Positions 18,838 through 30,170 of a DNA stretch of 64,000 nucleotides are shown in pieces. Origin of the DNA: a virus; IMG/VR virus record IMGVR_UViG_3300028920_000038, positions 73,848 through 137,847 of that record; one strand, 5' to 3'. The notes beneath the pieces are model-generated. The model did no database searches. It was not told the origin of the DNA and worked only from the letters and a program-made list of their open reading frames with translations. The first letter of the stretch is position 1, and every line of letters starts with the position of its first letter. The translations under genes and the position numbers were made by a program.

Positions 18838-21800
18838 TATCCTATCTCCTGTTTATGTTCTAATTCTGCAACTTTTCTAGCAATATCATAAGGTTGTTTA
18901 CCATAATTAATTGTAGTTGTAAATCCATTTTGGTCTATTCTTTGAGTATATGATACTACATCCCATATCTCATTGATTCCAAAATTAGTTAAATTAGAAG
19001 AAAATCTATAATATGTATCGATGTCTGTAATTCCTTCAATAGTAACTGAACCTTTTTTAGGAATTGTTTCCATTCCAGATACTTCCAATTCAGCTCTTGC
19101 TTGAGCCTGTTCAAATGTTGTATAGCTAGAATCGGATATTTTCTTAAAATGTTTTCCATATTTATTTATACTCGTTTGATTAGAGGCTCTATAAGATATT
19201 TCTCCTTGTCTCCATCCAAGTTGAAATGACATATTTCCATCAGGGATTGTATCTGGATTTGTAGCATTCGTGCTCCAATTTATTCCATTATCCCAGGAGT
19301 AAGCTATTTTTCCATTATAAGGTGAAGAAACATCATAATGGTAAGCCCAATAATCATCAGTTGTATAAACTCCTATTTTCCTAATAAAAACTTGTTCATC
19401 CTCATAATCAGTTGGTTCAAATCTTAACCAAAAATCTGACGTATAATAAGAAGATGGTATTTTATAAGAAAATTGTTGTTCAGGTGCTGAAGGATTGGCT
19501 GTAGCTAACTCTACCCAAGAACTACTTGATGTCTTTCTTATTTTGCAAGTAATTGGATTTCCAGTAACATCTCCATCAGTACCACAAACTTCGAATTCTA
19601 CATATGATACATTAACTGAGTCAAGATCTATATTTTTCCATATATGACTATTAGGCCATATACTAATTGGTTTAGGAGATCCTCCATAAGCAGTATAAGT
19701 AGTTACAGTACCTGCTTGTTCCCAATCATCCTTATCAGTAGTTGGTCCATATTCATAGGAAAAACCTGAATCATATTCAGGTGAAGTAAATATCATCCAC
19801 CATGTATTATTCTCTAATTCATCTGGAGCTAATTTTGGTTCAGAATATGTCTTCCATGAAGAATAGCTCGGAGGATAAGGAACATCTCCAGGAGACCAAG
19901 AAATATCATCAGACCATTCTACTCTAGTTCCAGATTTCGGTACTCCTCCTCCAATAACCTTTTGAGCGTATAGTTGAGTTCTTCCTATAGAAGGTGAATT
20001 GGTTATAGGATAAGGAGCCCATTTAACTTTATTACAAACTCCACTAGTTTGGAAGCAATACATAAGAACTGCATTTTTACCGTCATCAACATCGGTAACA
20101 GAATTAGCACTCATATGAGTCCATGAAGATCCACTATTTAAAGAACCAGAATATGATATATATTGATTATAAGTTACATTTGTCGGTTTAACTTCTAAAA
20201 AACTCATGTCCATATTATTAGCAACAGTATAATTATTTGTCTTAAAACATTTTCTTAATCCACTATAATGAGAACCACTTCCTATTACTCTGGCAAGTAT
20301 TCCATAACTCCAAAGGTTAGCACCTTCGTATCCACTAAATTGTCTCATTTGTACTTTTATTTTTCTTATTCCACTATATATCCAATCATCATCAAATAAA
20401 ATTTCAGCCCATTCATCTGGTTCAGTTTCTAAATCTATTGCTCCATCAAATACATGAATCCAATCACTCCATGTTGTAGATATATATATGTCTCTCATCT
20501 CAACATCAGAATGAGATTGTGCGTTAGCCTTTGCGTATATACCATCACACAACATTGGAGCATCAAATTCATATATATCTGTTATTGTTCTATTATTTCC
20601 ACCACCATAATCCTGAGCATAAGTAAGTAAACTTCCATCTATCAAAGCACCTTCAATACTACCTGGATCTCCATTCCAATGTTTGTATCCATCATATATA
20701 GTATACTCACATCCAATTGGATTCTTTGTCCCGCTATAATATTCGTGCCTACTAGTAGATATGTATATAGCTCCATTATATATCTTAGCTCCAGTGGCTT
20801 GTGAGGATAAAAATGAATTGTCGTTGAAATTATCATCAAAAATCTCGTCTTCAAATCCTCCAGAATCGTCAGAAATCATTAAACTTGCACTACCGATCCT
20901 TGGTGTAAAGTGTCCATTAGAGGATAATTTATAGTATACAATACATCCATCAGATGATTCACTACCAAAGTCAACCCATTCTCCATCTTTTAATGTAAGT
21001 CGAGAACTACCACCATCATTAGTACCAGAGATAAATATATGATTTGATGAAACGACTCCAGTTAGGTCCAATTTCATATATCTACAATCATTAGGATATG
21101 AAATACTAGAAATATACCCAATAGTTTCATAGTTGCTCCAAGAATAATACAGATGTCCATCTATATTATATTCCCAACCATGATAACTAAAATGAAAACC
21201 ACTACCCCAAGATGATCCCTTTCCATGATACAATTTTCCTGGTATAATGTCTTGCGTATATGTAGTTTTCAAATAAACTCTAGCTTCTTCTGCACCATAA
21301 GGTCCATCGTTACCTTTAATTAAAAATGCATATGTCTCACCACTAATCATTCTAATATAACTATCACTAACATCCACTAATACAAGTCCATCCTGCGATG
21401 GTATAGTAGTAGACCATAGTATATTCTCATCTTCTAATGCTCCTTTTCTTAATTCCAATAGATATTCCCAACACCACATATGATCCCATAAACCAAAACC
21501 TAATAAACTAAAAAATCCATTATTTGAAGGTATAAAAGTTTGTGCGAAATATTCATTGTGAGTTTGAACTTCTGCATTATATGGAGTATGTTCTGCAACA
21601 TAATAATAATTGCTATCATCAGATGTGGCTAAATTTAAATCACTATTTCTAACACATATATTAGAAGAATAACTAAATAAATCTAAATTGTTAAAATCGT
21701 CCTCAAACAATTTCAATTCTGTATTTTCCCATATTTCAAATTCAAGAGTTCCAGGAGCATCTGGATCTGTACTTCTATCTAAATATAACTTAATAGCAGA

Positions 21801-22547
21801 TAGTCTTGGATCTTCTCCATCAAATCTTTGAGCTACAAGAACTCCATTTGGAAAAGGTTTTGATTGTGGATGATTTGGAGATACTATAGTCTTTGCAGAA
21901 TAATCTGTACCTCCTATAACTAAACAATCATTAATTAAGTCTTCATCTGCTTCTTCTATAGGTTCCATATTTATAATATCATCTTCTGTTATAGAAAATT
22001 TATATGTACCGGAATGATAATAATATCTTAAATTATCTTCATTATCTACATAAAAACTAAAACCATCTATATCAGATAATCTACTTATAGCATCTCCTAC
22101 TTGGATATTTGTTAAATTAATTTCACTAGTTAATGATATTCCTTTAGAAGTATCTATGTAATCAGAACTTATGCCATCACAATAGTCATTAACTAAAGAT
22201 GCAACTATATTAGTAGTGGTTCCTGAGTATAAAGCATTTTCATCAGTAACGTATCTCCAAAGATCATATGTTTTTCCAACTAATTGATATGTATCGAATT
22301 TAGTTCCTTTCTCTACAGTTTGCTGTCTTCTTGAAACGTATCCATTAAATTGTAAAGATCCATCTATGAAGATCATACATGTATCTCCAACATTTTGTGC
22401 AGATACTTTATATAATTGTACCACTCCATTTTGATAATATGAATCGTCTGAATTTGTTATTTCTATGAAAGATATATTATCTCCAGGAAAATAATGTACA
22501 GTGCTAGCTCCTCCTGAATTAAAATATATATCATATTTATTTGTCAT
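18837..22547 (-). CDS. Baseplate hub/Tal-like protein with large inserted beta-sandwich domains
   Basis: Directly downstream of the tape measure gene. N-terminus (GDTCMIFIDG...FNGYVSRR...GKTYDL...DAISRLSDIDGFSFYVDNEDNLRY) and C-terminus (SINKYGKH...EQAQARA...KGSVTIEG...VVSYTQRIDQNGFTTTINYG) resemble hub proteins. Confidence 0.7.
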   Translation of the reverse strand: MTNKYDIYFNSGGASTVHYFPGDNISFIEITNSDDSYYQNGVVQLYKVSAQNVGDTCMIFIDGSLQFNGYVSRRQQTVEKGTKFDTYQLVGKTYDLWRYVTDENALYSGTTTNIVASLVNDYCDGISSDYIDTSKGISLTSEINLTNIQVGDAISRLSDIDGFSFYVDNEDNLRYYYHSGTYKFSITEDDIINMEPIEEADEDLINDCLVIGGTDYSAKTIVSPNHPQSKPFPNGVLVAQRFDGEDPRLSAIKLYLDRSTDPDAPGTLEFEIWENTELKLFEDDFNNLDLFSYSSNICVRNSDLNLATSDDSNYYYVAEHTPYNAEVQTHNEYFAQTFIPSNNGFFSLLGFGLWDHMWCWEYLLELRKGALEDENILWSTTIPSQDGLVLVDVSDSYIRMISGETYAFLIKGNDGPYGAEEARVYLKTTYTQDIIPGKLYHGKGSSWGSGFHFSYHGWEYNIDGHLYYSWSNYETIGYISSISYPNDCRYMKLDLTGVVSSNHIFISGTNDGGSSRLTLKDGEWVDFGSESSDGCIVYYKLSSNGHFTPRIGSASLMISDDSGGFEDEIFDDNFNDNSFLSSQATGAKIYNGAIYISTSRHEYYSGTKNPIGCEYTIYDGYKHWNGDPGSIEGALIDGSLLTYAQDYGGGNNRTITDIYEFDAPMLCDGIYAKANAQSHSDVEMRDIYISTTWSDWIHVFDGAIDLETEPDEWAEILFDDDWIYSGIRKIKVQMRQFSGYEGANLWSYGILARVIGSGSHYSGLRKCFKTNNYTVANNMDMSFLEVKPTNVTYNQYISYSGSLNSGSSWTHMSANSVTDVDDGKNAVLMYCFQTSGVCNKVKWAPYPITNSPSIGRTQLYAQKVIGGGVPKSGTRVEWSDDISWSPGDVPYPPSYSSWKTYSEPKLAPDELENNTWWMIFTSPEYDSGFSYEYGPTTDKDDWEQAGTVTTYTAYGGSPKPISIWPNSHIWKNIDLDSVNVSYVEFEVCGTDGDVTGNPITCKIRKTSSSSWVELATANPSAPEQQFSYKIPSSYYTSDFWLRFEPTDYEDEQVFIRKIGVYTTDDYWAYHYDVSSPYNGKIAYSWDNGINWSTNATNPDTIPDGNMSFQLGWRQGEISYRASNQTSINKYGKHFKKISDSSYTTFEQAQARAELEVSGMETIPKKGSVTIEGITDIDTYYRFSSNLTNFGINEIWDVVSYTQRIDQNGFTTTINYGKQPYDIARKVAELEHKQEIG

Positions 22548-22552
22548 ATTGT

Positions 22553-25500
22553 TTACCTCGATGCTCTAGACCTATATTTCAATTCTGACATAAATGCATC
22601 TGCATTAGTTACATTATTTAAATTGATAGGTCCATATACATTAACATTTTCATTAGTAGTGTCTCCATAGTCTATTGGTCCTTCTCCTCCTGTAACTCCT
22701 CCTCTCTGAAGAGCTATTAAATCTGGATAATATTTTGGTATTATATATCTTAATAGTTTTTCTCCATATTTTCTATTTATACCTTCCAAAGGAATTACTG
22801 CTTCTGCTCCTTTTTCACCTATCATAGCAAATGTAGGTCCACTTGTTTTCTTTATTCCTTTTTGTAATCCTAGAATTCCACCTTCAGCATGATTTCCACC
22901 TTGGTATACATCTCTATGATATGTTGTGTGCATAGTACTAACATTTGCTGGAATACTACCTATAAGTCTTATTATTTTAATTAGCTTGTTTTCTGAATCT
23001 CCAGTATCAGTTTTTACTTTAACTTTTCTTTCTATTTCACTAGGTATATCATCAGTTGTTCCATTCATCAAATTTGCACTTTTGTTTAGTACTGAGTTTA
23101 TTGCATCTTGACTTGCTTGACTCCATAGGAAATTTAATGTTAGCTCCTTATCTAATGCTCCAAGGTCTGGTAGCATTGCATTAAATTCTTCCAGAGTTGG
23201 TGTCTTTATTAATTTAGTGATATTTAGTTTATCAGTACCAACCAAATTTCTGAAGAATGCAACTCCACCAAGTGGTGTAGATGGAAAGTATAGTTTCTTT
23301 TTATCTTCATCACTAAGAGATGTAAACAATGTATTTATATCAGATTGAGTTAGATTTGGTCTTATTGATATTTCTTGAGGAGAAGCACTTTTTGTTGCTT
23401 CACCTATTTGATCTATAATTCCATCTTTATCAACAGTATACTCTAAATTACCTAGCATAAATGTAGTTCCCTCTACTGTAGTTTTAACAGTAGACATATC
23501 TGCAGCAAATGGAAGTTTTATTCCTTCAGGCATCATACCTTCTAAAGCTGGTATATATTCAGTTGGTATAGCAGATAAGAATGTTTGCCAATTCTTACCG
23601 TCCCATTTAGTATCTAATTTAAATTCTGCAGAGAATCTATGAAATATGTCAGATAATTGACTGATTTGAGTAGAAGTTAATTTTCCTATCCAAGTGTTCC
23701 AATCATATCCATCCCATTTTACATCAAAATCTAATAATTCTTCCATGCCTGCAAATGATTTAGTTATCCAGTCCTTAGCTTCTTCTGTATTAAATATCTC
23801 TTCCCAGTCATCTCCTTTCCATTCATTTATATTGCTTGGTACTTCCTTAAATATATCTCCAAATTTCTTATTTAAACTCTTAGCAAATGATTTTCCTAAT
23901 ATACTAGTTCCTATTACTTCATCGAAAGTTTCCCAATCAGTTTCATCCCAACTAACAGTCATATCTGGTGTGAATATTACATCATTTTCTTCCATATCTT
24001 TTAGGAATGCATTAAAGTTATCTCTCCATTGTTGTAAATCAGCCATTTCAGTAAAGTTAATTTGTATAGCAGTTTCCATAGAATTTAGATCTACTCCTTG
24101 AAGTTTTAATATCATTTCTAATGTTTTCTGAAGAGAATCTCTGGTTTCTATTAGTATATCATTTGTTTTTTCTAATGTTTCATTAATTTCAGCTAATGTA
24201 CCTACACCACCATCAGTAGTATCCCAAGCAGATGCAGCAGCATTACGAAATGCCTCCATGTTTTCTATGCCAAGTTCTTCCGCTAGAGCAGCCTCTGTCA
24301 TTCCTTGTTCCCATACTCCAATAGCATTACCCATTTGTATCATTGAAGCAGCTGATATTATACCAGCCTGTCCATATTCTTCTAGTATTTGGTCCATATT
24401 CATTCCATAGAAGTTTTCTAGAGTAGAGATTACTCCGTCCATACTTCCACCAAACTCATCCCATATACCTAGATTTTCTAGCATTACTTGTGCTACGGTT
24501 TTACCAGCATGTTCACTTCCCTCTCCATATACATCGAAAAGGTCTCTTTGTTCATCTAGTAATCCACCAACAGAACTAGCATTTACTGTTGAGTCAATTA
24601 ATGCTTTGCCCATTGTTGCAGCATTCTTTATTACTCCTTGCATTGATTCAGATAGAGCGTTATTAGCTAAACCTAATTCTAGTTCTGCCTCTGCAGCTTC
24701 ATAAGCATTATCAGCAATATCGTACCATGCTTCTGCTGCTTCAGAAGATATTATTCCTTGATCAATTAAAGAATCCATTATTGGACCTAAAATATCTTTG
24801 TATTTTTGAGTTGTATTTGTTAGATTATCTTGTGCATCATTATAAGCAATTATTGTATCTAATTCCTCTTGTGTTATTATTCCCTGAGAGACTAAGTCTT
24901 GTAAGTCAGCGAGCTCTTCAGCATACGCAGCAGTTCCTGCTTCTGTATTCATGAATTCTTCTACTTCTTCTCTTTGTGCATCGTTAAGTCCATCTATAGC
25001 ATCCATAAATCCTTTGTTTAATTCAAGAACTTCTCCTTCTGCTTCCTTTAATTCCTTAAATCCTTCTATGATCTCATCATTTATCATTCCCTGCTCAGCT
25101 AGTGTCTCGAATAAATCTGATAATTGACTTCCTTCGTCTTTTCTTAATTTATATAACTTTAGTTCAATTTCATATATTTTGTCTTGAGCTTCTAGATAAT
25201 GTTTTAGGTGTTCATTAGTTATTTTTGTAGCTTCTTCTAATAATCTCATATAAGCAGCTTGTTGAGCTTCTAATTTCAACTGCTCCTCAGTTTGACTAGT
25301 TAGAGTCTCCCTTAACTCCATAAAGGCTTCAGTTATTTCCATTAAATCTCTTTCAGCTGCAGTTGCTTTTATAGTTACTATTCTAGCTTCATCTTTATTT
25401 TCTAACCACTCTGCCATTACATTTGTATTGCCTGCTACCATCTTAGTTATTTCTTGATAAGAATATCCCAAATCTATAAGTTCATTATATGTTTTATTTG

Positions 25501-28500
25501 CAGTATATCCAGTTTCACTCATCATAGTATTCCACATGCTTTGAGCTTGAGCTGCTGAAGTAGTAGCTTCTTCCTGTTCTATCATTCTATCTACAATATC
25601 TTTAGCTATACTTGCAAGTTCAACTTCTTTTTCTTGAGCTTCTTTAGAATTAGCTCCATATTTACCTAATGCTTCTGCATATTCTAATACAAGATCTGTT
25701 TCTCTTTGTCTTGCTTGAGCAATATCATCAATTATATTGCTTACATTATTTAATGACTTATAATATTCTTCTAAATATCCAACTGCATCATCCATAGCTT
25801 CAGAATAATTTCTTACTTCCTGTAAGAGTCCTCCTATACTATTTATAAGATCCTGATTTACCTCATTCAATTTTTCTTCCGCTTCTATTAATTCATTCTC
25901 TGCATCTATAAATGCTTGAGAATCGCTGATGCCTTCAGCTTTCATATCATTGACTTTCTCCAATGCAAGTCTATATACTCTAGAAGCATCAGATACTTCT
26001 CCTAATTTATCTTGTAAAACAGCTTCTTCTCCTATTAATAGATGTGTCATTCTTTTTAAATCTACTCCATAATTAACCAATTCTTCCATTGAATCAAACC
26101 TATCAGCATATGCCTTATCTGTCAGATGTAGAGCTTCTGCTATTCTTTTTGAAGCAAATTCAACAGTAGATGCAACCGCTTCTGAAGATATAGCTTCTTG
26201 TTGTGTATTTTTCATGAAAATTCCTGATAGTTCTTTTTTAGCCCAAGCTCCAAGAGATGCAAGTTGTCCTCCTATGCCTCCCATAGATTTTGACATCTGT
26301 TCTAAAGCTTCACCTTCTCTATATAAACTTTCTGAATCTAAAATTCCTCTTCCTAATATTCCTAATCCTCCAAAAGTTTCTGTTAACAAATCTAGAGGAT
26401 TCATAAGCTCTTTAGTAGATTTTACTTGTTGAACATTCATAGCTGAAACTAAGGTTGACATTTCTGCTAAACTACCTAGTGACTCAGCTGCTCTTTCATT
26501 AACACTAACCCAGTCAAGTTCTTTATCACTGAGATATGCAACTGCATCAGCGAATCCCATACTAGAGTTAGATGCAGCCCATGAAGCAACCTCAAGCATC
26601 GATAATTCAGTTGCTAAATAATCTAAATCAATGCCTGCTTTCTTTACAGTATCTCCTAAACTACCAAAATCTCTATTTAGAGTATTGAAATAAGCAGACA
26701 CTGCTAATACTGCTACGGCTGCAGCTAATAAAACTGGAATTGCTACTTTTAATGCCATTGCACTAGCAGCTGCTGTTTTTTGAGCTGCAGATAATTGTAC
26801 ATTAGCTATAGAAAGAGCTTCAGTTACAGGTATGTCCTCTTCTTTTGCTATAGTTAATGCTCTCTGTAGTAATGCTGTAGTAGCTAAATTAGGATTAAGT
26901 GACATTCTGGCAGCAGCTTCAGCAGTTAATTGTTTGTTGTATATTCCCATAAAGGCAGCCTTAGCTCTTAATGCTTGGTCTTCCTTAATTGATAGTGCTA
27001 AATAAGCTTGTTTTAAAACAGTTTGAGCCTTAGTTAATTTATTTGAAATTAATCTTGCTGCTAATTCCTTTCCCAATGCACTAGTAAGTATTGCCTCTCT
27101 AGCAATCTCTTTTCCTAATAGTGCTAAATATAAAGTTTTTAATGTAAGGAGACCAGAAACTATACCTCTAACAGCCATTAAAGTTCCTTTCCATGTTATA
27201 TAAGCTACTATTAATGTCTTTATTATATTCCAATTTTTTTGAAGAAATCCGATAAAAACTGATAGAGCTGGTAATACAGAATCCTTAATGAATCCAGCTA
27301 ATTCTCTAAGAAATGGAGAAAGTTTATTTCCAATTTCTATAGCGGTTTCTGAGAAAGCATTCTGTAATAGTGTTAAAGAACCCCATAGAGTATCTGTTTG
27401 AGTTTGTGCAACTGATTTAGTAATTCCAGCTGAACTTTTAAGCATTGAATTATATTCAGATACTTTATCTGCTGAATCCACCAATACAGCAGCTGCAGCG
27501 GCAGTTCTTGCTCTAAACATATTAGCAGCAGTTCCAGCATCAAAATTAGCTGCTTTTAATTTATATAATATTTCTGTTAAAGAATATATTTCTGGGTTTA
27601 AATCTTGTACAGTCAATCCCATTCCTTCAAGCATCTCTACTGCTTCATCAGTTGGTTTTAATAATTTAGTAAATATCATATTTAGACGTTGACCAGCTTG
27701 CGATCCAGTCAAACCAGTGTCTGTTAAAACTGCAAGAGCAGCTGATACTTCTTCCAATTCTACACCTATTGCACCAGCTATTGGACCAACGTATTTCATA
27801 GCCTCTTGCATTTTCTCAAATGTCATAAATGAATTGGTAATAGTAGCTGTAAATGTATCTACTATTCTTTCAGTATCTTCTATAGCTAATCCAAATGCTT
27901 TCATAGCTGTAGCAACAGAATATGTAGCTTCAGAAAGTTCTGATTGTGTAGCTGCTGCATAATCCAATATAGGTTGTAAATCTTTTTCTGTCATGTCTGC
28001 TACATCATAACCAGCACTAGCTAGATTATAGAATGCATCTGCTACTTTTTGTGCAGAGAATACTGTAGTTCTTCCAAGTTCTTGAGATACCTGCATAATA
28101 TGATCCCTAACTTTTTCAAATGATGATCCTAAATATCCTGCTACTGTGGCTGCATTTGTGGCTGACCTTTCAAACTCTGAAAATGTTTCTATCATCTGTT
28201 GGATACCATTCCGAAGGGCCATTACCATCTGAACACCAATAGTAAAAGTTAAATAATGAGCAATCATACCAAATAGATTTCTTAAATTAAATGCCTTCTT
28301 TATTATAGAACCAAATGACTTACTAACTCCTTGATCCATTTTTATAGAACCTTGTATCATTCCATCCTTTAGGGTTCTGAAACTTACATTTGTCTTATCG
28401 TAAGCCATTCCCAATTCTAATATTCTTGGTTTTAATTGTTCCATTACTTCCATTTGAGTTTTTCCCATAGCGACTCCAGGACCCGCTAAATCGGGTGCTG

Positions 28501-28801
28501 TAGTAGGAGCTATTGTTTCTTTAACTTTAGTAGCTCCTCCCATTTTAGCTAAACCCATTTCTTTCATAGCTACAGCTGCTCTTTCAGTAGCTGTGGCTAA
28601 TTCACTCATAGCTTTAGTGTGGATTTTAATTTGACTCATAAACCCTTGTGGAAATGCAAAGGGTCCTCTCTTACCTGCTCCAGCAGCTTTTCTAATTTCT
28701 TGATTAAAACTACCTAAAGCTTTTTGGACTTTATTAATTTCACTAACGAATTTGCTAGCATTAGCAATTATATCAAATCTTATTTGGCCAATTGTTGCCA
28801 T
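22553..28801 (-). CDS. Tail tape measure protein (TP901-type domain), 2082 aa
   Basis: FERSATNAATVAG...ELGRTTVFSAQKVADAFYNLASAG...GSQAGQRL domain, long helical body, C-terminal HAEGGI...AMIGEKGAEAVIPL. Confidence 0.93.
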   Translation of the reverse strand: MATIGQIRFDIIANASKFVSEINKVQKALGSFNQEIRKAAGAGKRGPFAFPQGFMSQIKIHTKAMSELATATERAAVAMKEMGLAKMGGATKVKETIAPTTAPDLAGPGVAMGKTQMEVMEQLKPRILELGMAYDKTNVSFRTLKDGMIQGSIKMDQGVSKSFGSIIKKAFNLRNLFGMIAHYLTFTIGVQMVMALRNGIQQMIETFSEFERSATNAATVAGYLGSSFEKVRDHIMQVSQELGRTTVFSAQKVADAFYNLASAGYDVADMTEKDLQPILDYAAATQSELSEATYSVATAMKAFGLAIEDTERIVDTFTATITNSFMTFEKMQEAMKYVGPIAGAIGVELEEVSAALAVLTDTGLTGSQAGQRLNMIFTKLLKPTDEAVEMLEGMGLTVQDLNPEIYSLTEILYKLKAANFDAGTAANMFRARTAAAAAVLVDSADKVSEYNSMLKSSAGITKSVAQTQTDTLWGSLTLLQNAFSETAIEIGNKLSPFLRELAGFIKDSVLPALSVFIGFLQKNWNIIKTLIVAYITWKGTLMAVRGIVSGLLTLKTLYLALLGKEIAREAILTSALGKELAARLISNKLTKAQTVLKQAYLALSIKEDQALRAKAAFMGIYNKQLTAEAAARMSLNPNLATTALLQRALTIAKEEDIPVTEALSIANVQLSAAQKTAAASAMALKVAIPVLLAAAVAVLAVSAYFNTLNRDFGSLGDTVKKAGIDLDYLATELSMLEVASWAASNSSMGFADAVAYLSDKELDWVSVNERAAESLGSLAEMSTLVSAMNVQQVKSTKELMNPLDLLTETFGGLGILGRGILDSESLYREGEALEQMSKSMGGIGGQLASLGAWAKKELSGIFMKNTQQEAISSEAVASTVEFASKRIAEALHLTDKAYADRFDSMEELVNYGVDLKRMTHLLIGEEAVLQDKLGEVSDASRVYRLALEKVNDMKAEGISDSQAFIDAENELIEAEEKLNEVNQDLINSIGGLLQEVRNYSEAMDDAVGYLEEYYKSLNNVSNIIDDIAQARQRETDLVLEYAEALGKYGANSKEAQEKEVELASIAKDIVDRMIEQEEATTSAAQAQSMWNTMMSETGYTANKTYNELIDLGYSYQEITKMVAGNTNVMAEWLENKDEARIVTIKATAAERDLMEITEAFMELRETLTSQTEEQLKLEAQQAAYMRLLEEATKITNEHLKHYLEAQDKIYEIELKLYKLRKDEGSQLSDLFETLAEQGMINDEIIEGFKELKEAEGEVLELNKGFMDAIDGLNDAQREEVEEFMNTEAGTAAYAEELADLQDLVSQGIITQEELDTIIAYNDAQDNLTNTTQKYKDILGPIMDSLIDQGIISSEAAEAWYDIADNAYEAAEAELELGLANNALSESMQGVIKNAATMGKALIDSTVNASSVGGLLDEQRDLFDVYGEGSEHAGKTVAQVMLENLGIWDEFGGSMDGVISTLENFYGMNMDQILEEYGQAGIISAASMIQMGNAIGVWEQGMTEAALAEELGIENMEAFRNAAASAWDTTDGGVGTLAEINETLEKTNDILIETRDSLQKTLEMILKLQGVDLNSMETAIQINFTEMADLQQWRDNFNAFLKDMEENDVIFTPDMTVSWDETDWETFDEVIGTSILGKSFAKSLNKKFGDIFKEVPSNINEWKGDDWEEIFNTEEAKDWITKSFAGMEELLDFDVKWDGYDWNTWIGKLTSTQISQLSDIFHRFSAEFKLDTKWDGKNWQTFLSAIPTEYIPALEGMMPEGIKLPFAADMSTVKTTVEGTTFMLGNLEYTVDKDGIIDQIGEATKSASPQEISIRPNLTQSDINTLFTSLSDEDKKKLYFPSTPLGGVAFFRNLVGTDKLNITKLIKTPTLEEFNAMLPDLGALDKELTLNFLWSQASQDAINSVLNKSANLMNGTTDDIPSEIERKVKVKTDTGDSENKLIKIIRLIGSIPANVSTMHTTYHRDVYQGGNHAEGGILGLQKGIKKTSGPTFAMIGEKGAEAVIPLEGINRKYGEKLLRYIIPKYYPDLIALQRGGVTGGEGPIDYGDTTNENVNVYGPINLNNVTNADAFMSELKYRSRASR

Positions 28802-28809
28802 ATTTATAC

Positions 28810-29124
28810 CTACTTAATCTTAACTAATTGAATTGCTTCTCTATCAACCTTTGGGGAATAATCCCATGGATGTTCGTAATTAAACCAAGCTTTCCATTCA
28901 CACACATATAAACCTAAGTCATCGGTTGATTGAGTCGATACATAATAATGATATATCCCTGTAGATGCATGAGTTCCTGATACAGGTCCGAGTAGAACTG
29001 TTCCATCTGGTCGATATACTGTCAAATAAGCTTTATTACCAGAACAGTCTATATAAGTGGATCCCGATGTGAATGTAACTTGCGATTTAAATGTACTTTC
29101 CCTTTCATATTTTGTTACGGACAT
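28810..29124 (-). CDS. Ig-like (BppU-like) virion protein
   Basis: AYLTVYRPDGT...TGIYHYY...GLYVCEWKA pattern. Start moved to ATG 29124 (MSVTKYERE). Confidence 0.6.
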   Translation of the reverse strand: MSVTKYERESTFKSQVTFTSGSTYIDCSGNKAYLTVYRPDGTVLLGPVSGTHASTGIYHYYVSTQSTDDLGLYVCEWKAWFNYEHPWDYSPKVDREAIQLVKIK

Positions 29125-29131
29125 ATTTATA

Positions 29132-29590
29132 TCACTCTGATGTAGAAACAGTAGAAACAGTTCCCTCAGATGAGGACTGTCTAACATTTTTATCTTCAGA
29201 AGATGAAACAGAAGATTTCTTCTGTTCATCAGAAACTACTGAAGATTTTTTTAATCTCGATGTAGTTACAATCGATTTTATTAAGTTTGAAATTGAATTA
29301 GAAATTCTATTAATTTCTGATGAAGTCACAGATATATTATGAAGATCTGATACTTGAGATACTAAATTATATACTTCACTATCTGTTAATGAAGTAATAT
29401 TTCTTTCAGAGAATTCCTGCACTAGATTATTTATTAAGGAATCTGAAGTAGTTATGTTATAGATTTCAGTGAAATCTACAGTTATATCTGATGGTATGGT
29501 CGGTAATGGAGGTGCTGTCGGTTCTTCTAAAACATCAAATCTTGATGAATCGAATCGTGCAGTGTCGAATCTAGCTGGAAAGAAAGTCAT
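29132..29590 (-). CDS. Ser/Thr-rich hypothetical virion protein
   Basis: MTFFPARFDTARFDSSRFD start (ATG 29590); low-complexity Ser-rich tail. Confidence 0.55.
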   Translation of the reverse strand: MTFFPARFDTARFDSSRFDVLEEPTAPPLPTIPSDITVDFTEIYNITTSDSLINNLVQEFSERNITSLTDSEVYNLVSQVSDLHNISVTSSEINRISNSISNLIKSIVTTSRLKKSSVVSDEQKKSSVSSSEDKNVRQSSSEGTVSTVSTSE

Positions 29591-29614
29591 TAAAAATTCC
29601 TCTATCACTTGCCA

Positions 29615-30169
29615 TTAATATGTTCCTGTATTTATATATATGTCATTACTTTGCTTAGATGTTTGAATATTCATACATTGTCCTAACTTTGATGATAATA
29701 TTATCAAATCTGGTGGGGATATATCAATGGGAGGAGATGATATATCTCCATAAGCATCAAATATAGTAAAAGGAGATGCTCCATTTCCCCAAAAACACCA
29801 ATGATTATATTCACTATCAATAACTTCAACATATATGTATCTGCCATCTTTGTCAGTAGAATCTACTTCTGCCCAATCACTTGTATCTTGCCAAGTAGAA
29901 ATACCCTCAGCAACTGCAGTTCCCCAAGTCCCCTTTATATCACTAACGTAGATATCCACATCTATAGGATCTATACCAAGTTGGGAACGGCCTCTAAATT
30001 TAGTTATAGTATATGTTTGTCCTAAATCAATAATAAACCAATGAGTTTCTGATACTGAATGGGCCCAATAATTTGTTCCATCTAATGCATCTACTAGGTC
30101 AAAACCTTCATTTTGCCCACAACTACTATCATATTCATCACTACTTATTTCTAACCAATCTTCAGCCAT
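29615..30169 (-). CDS. Discoidin/F5-8 type C carbohydrate-binding-like domain protein
   Basis: DALDG..YWA....ETHWFIIDLGQTYTITKFR...DGRYIYVEV pattern. Confidence 0.7.
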   Translation of the reverse strand: MAEDWLEISSDEYDSSCGQNEGFDLVDALDGTNYWAHSVSETHWFIIDLGQTYTITKFRGRSQLGIDPIDVDIYVSDIKGTWGTAVAEGISTWQDTSDWAEVDSTDKDGRYIYVEVIDSEYNHWCFWGNGASPFTIFDAYGDISSPPIDISPPDLIILSSKLGQCMNIQTSKQSNDIYINTGTY

Positions 30170-30170
30170 T

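Noticed and set aside
11237-20854. Alternate-frame minus-strand ORFs (11237, 13881, 16434, 17017, 20642)
   Set aside because: Nested out of frame in longer supported genes, with no RBS or motif support
22926-27962. Plus-strand ORFs inside the tape measure gene (22926, 23694, 24727, 26214, 27717)
   Set aside because: Antisense to a well-supported gene, with no recognisable motifs
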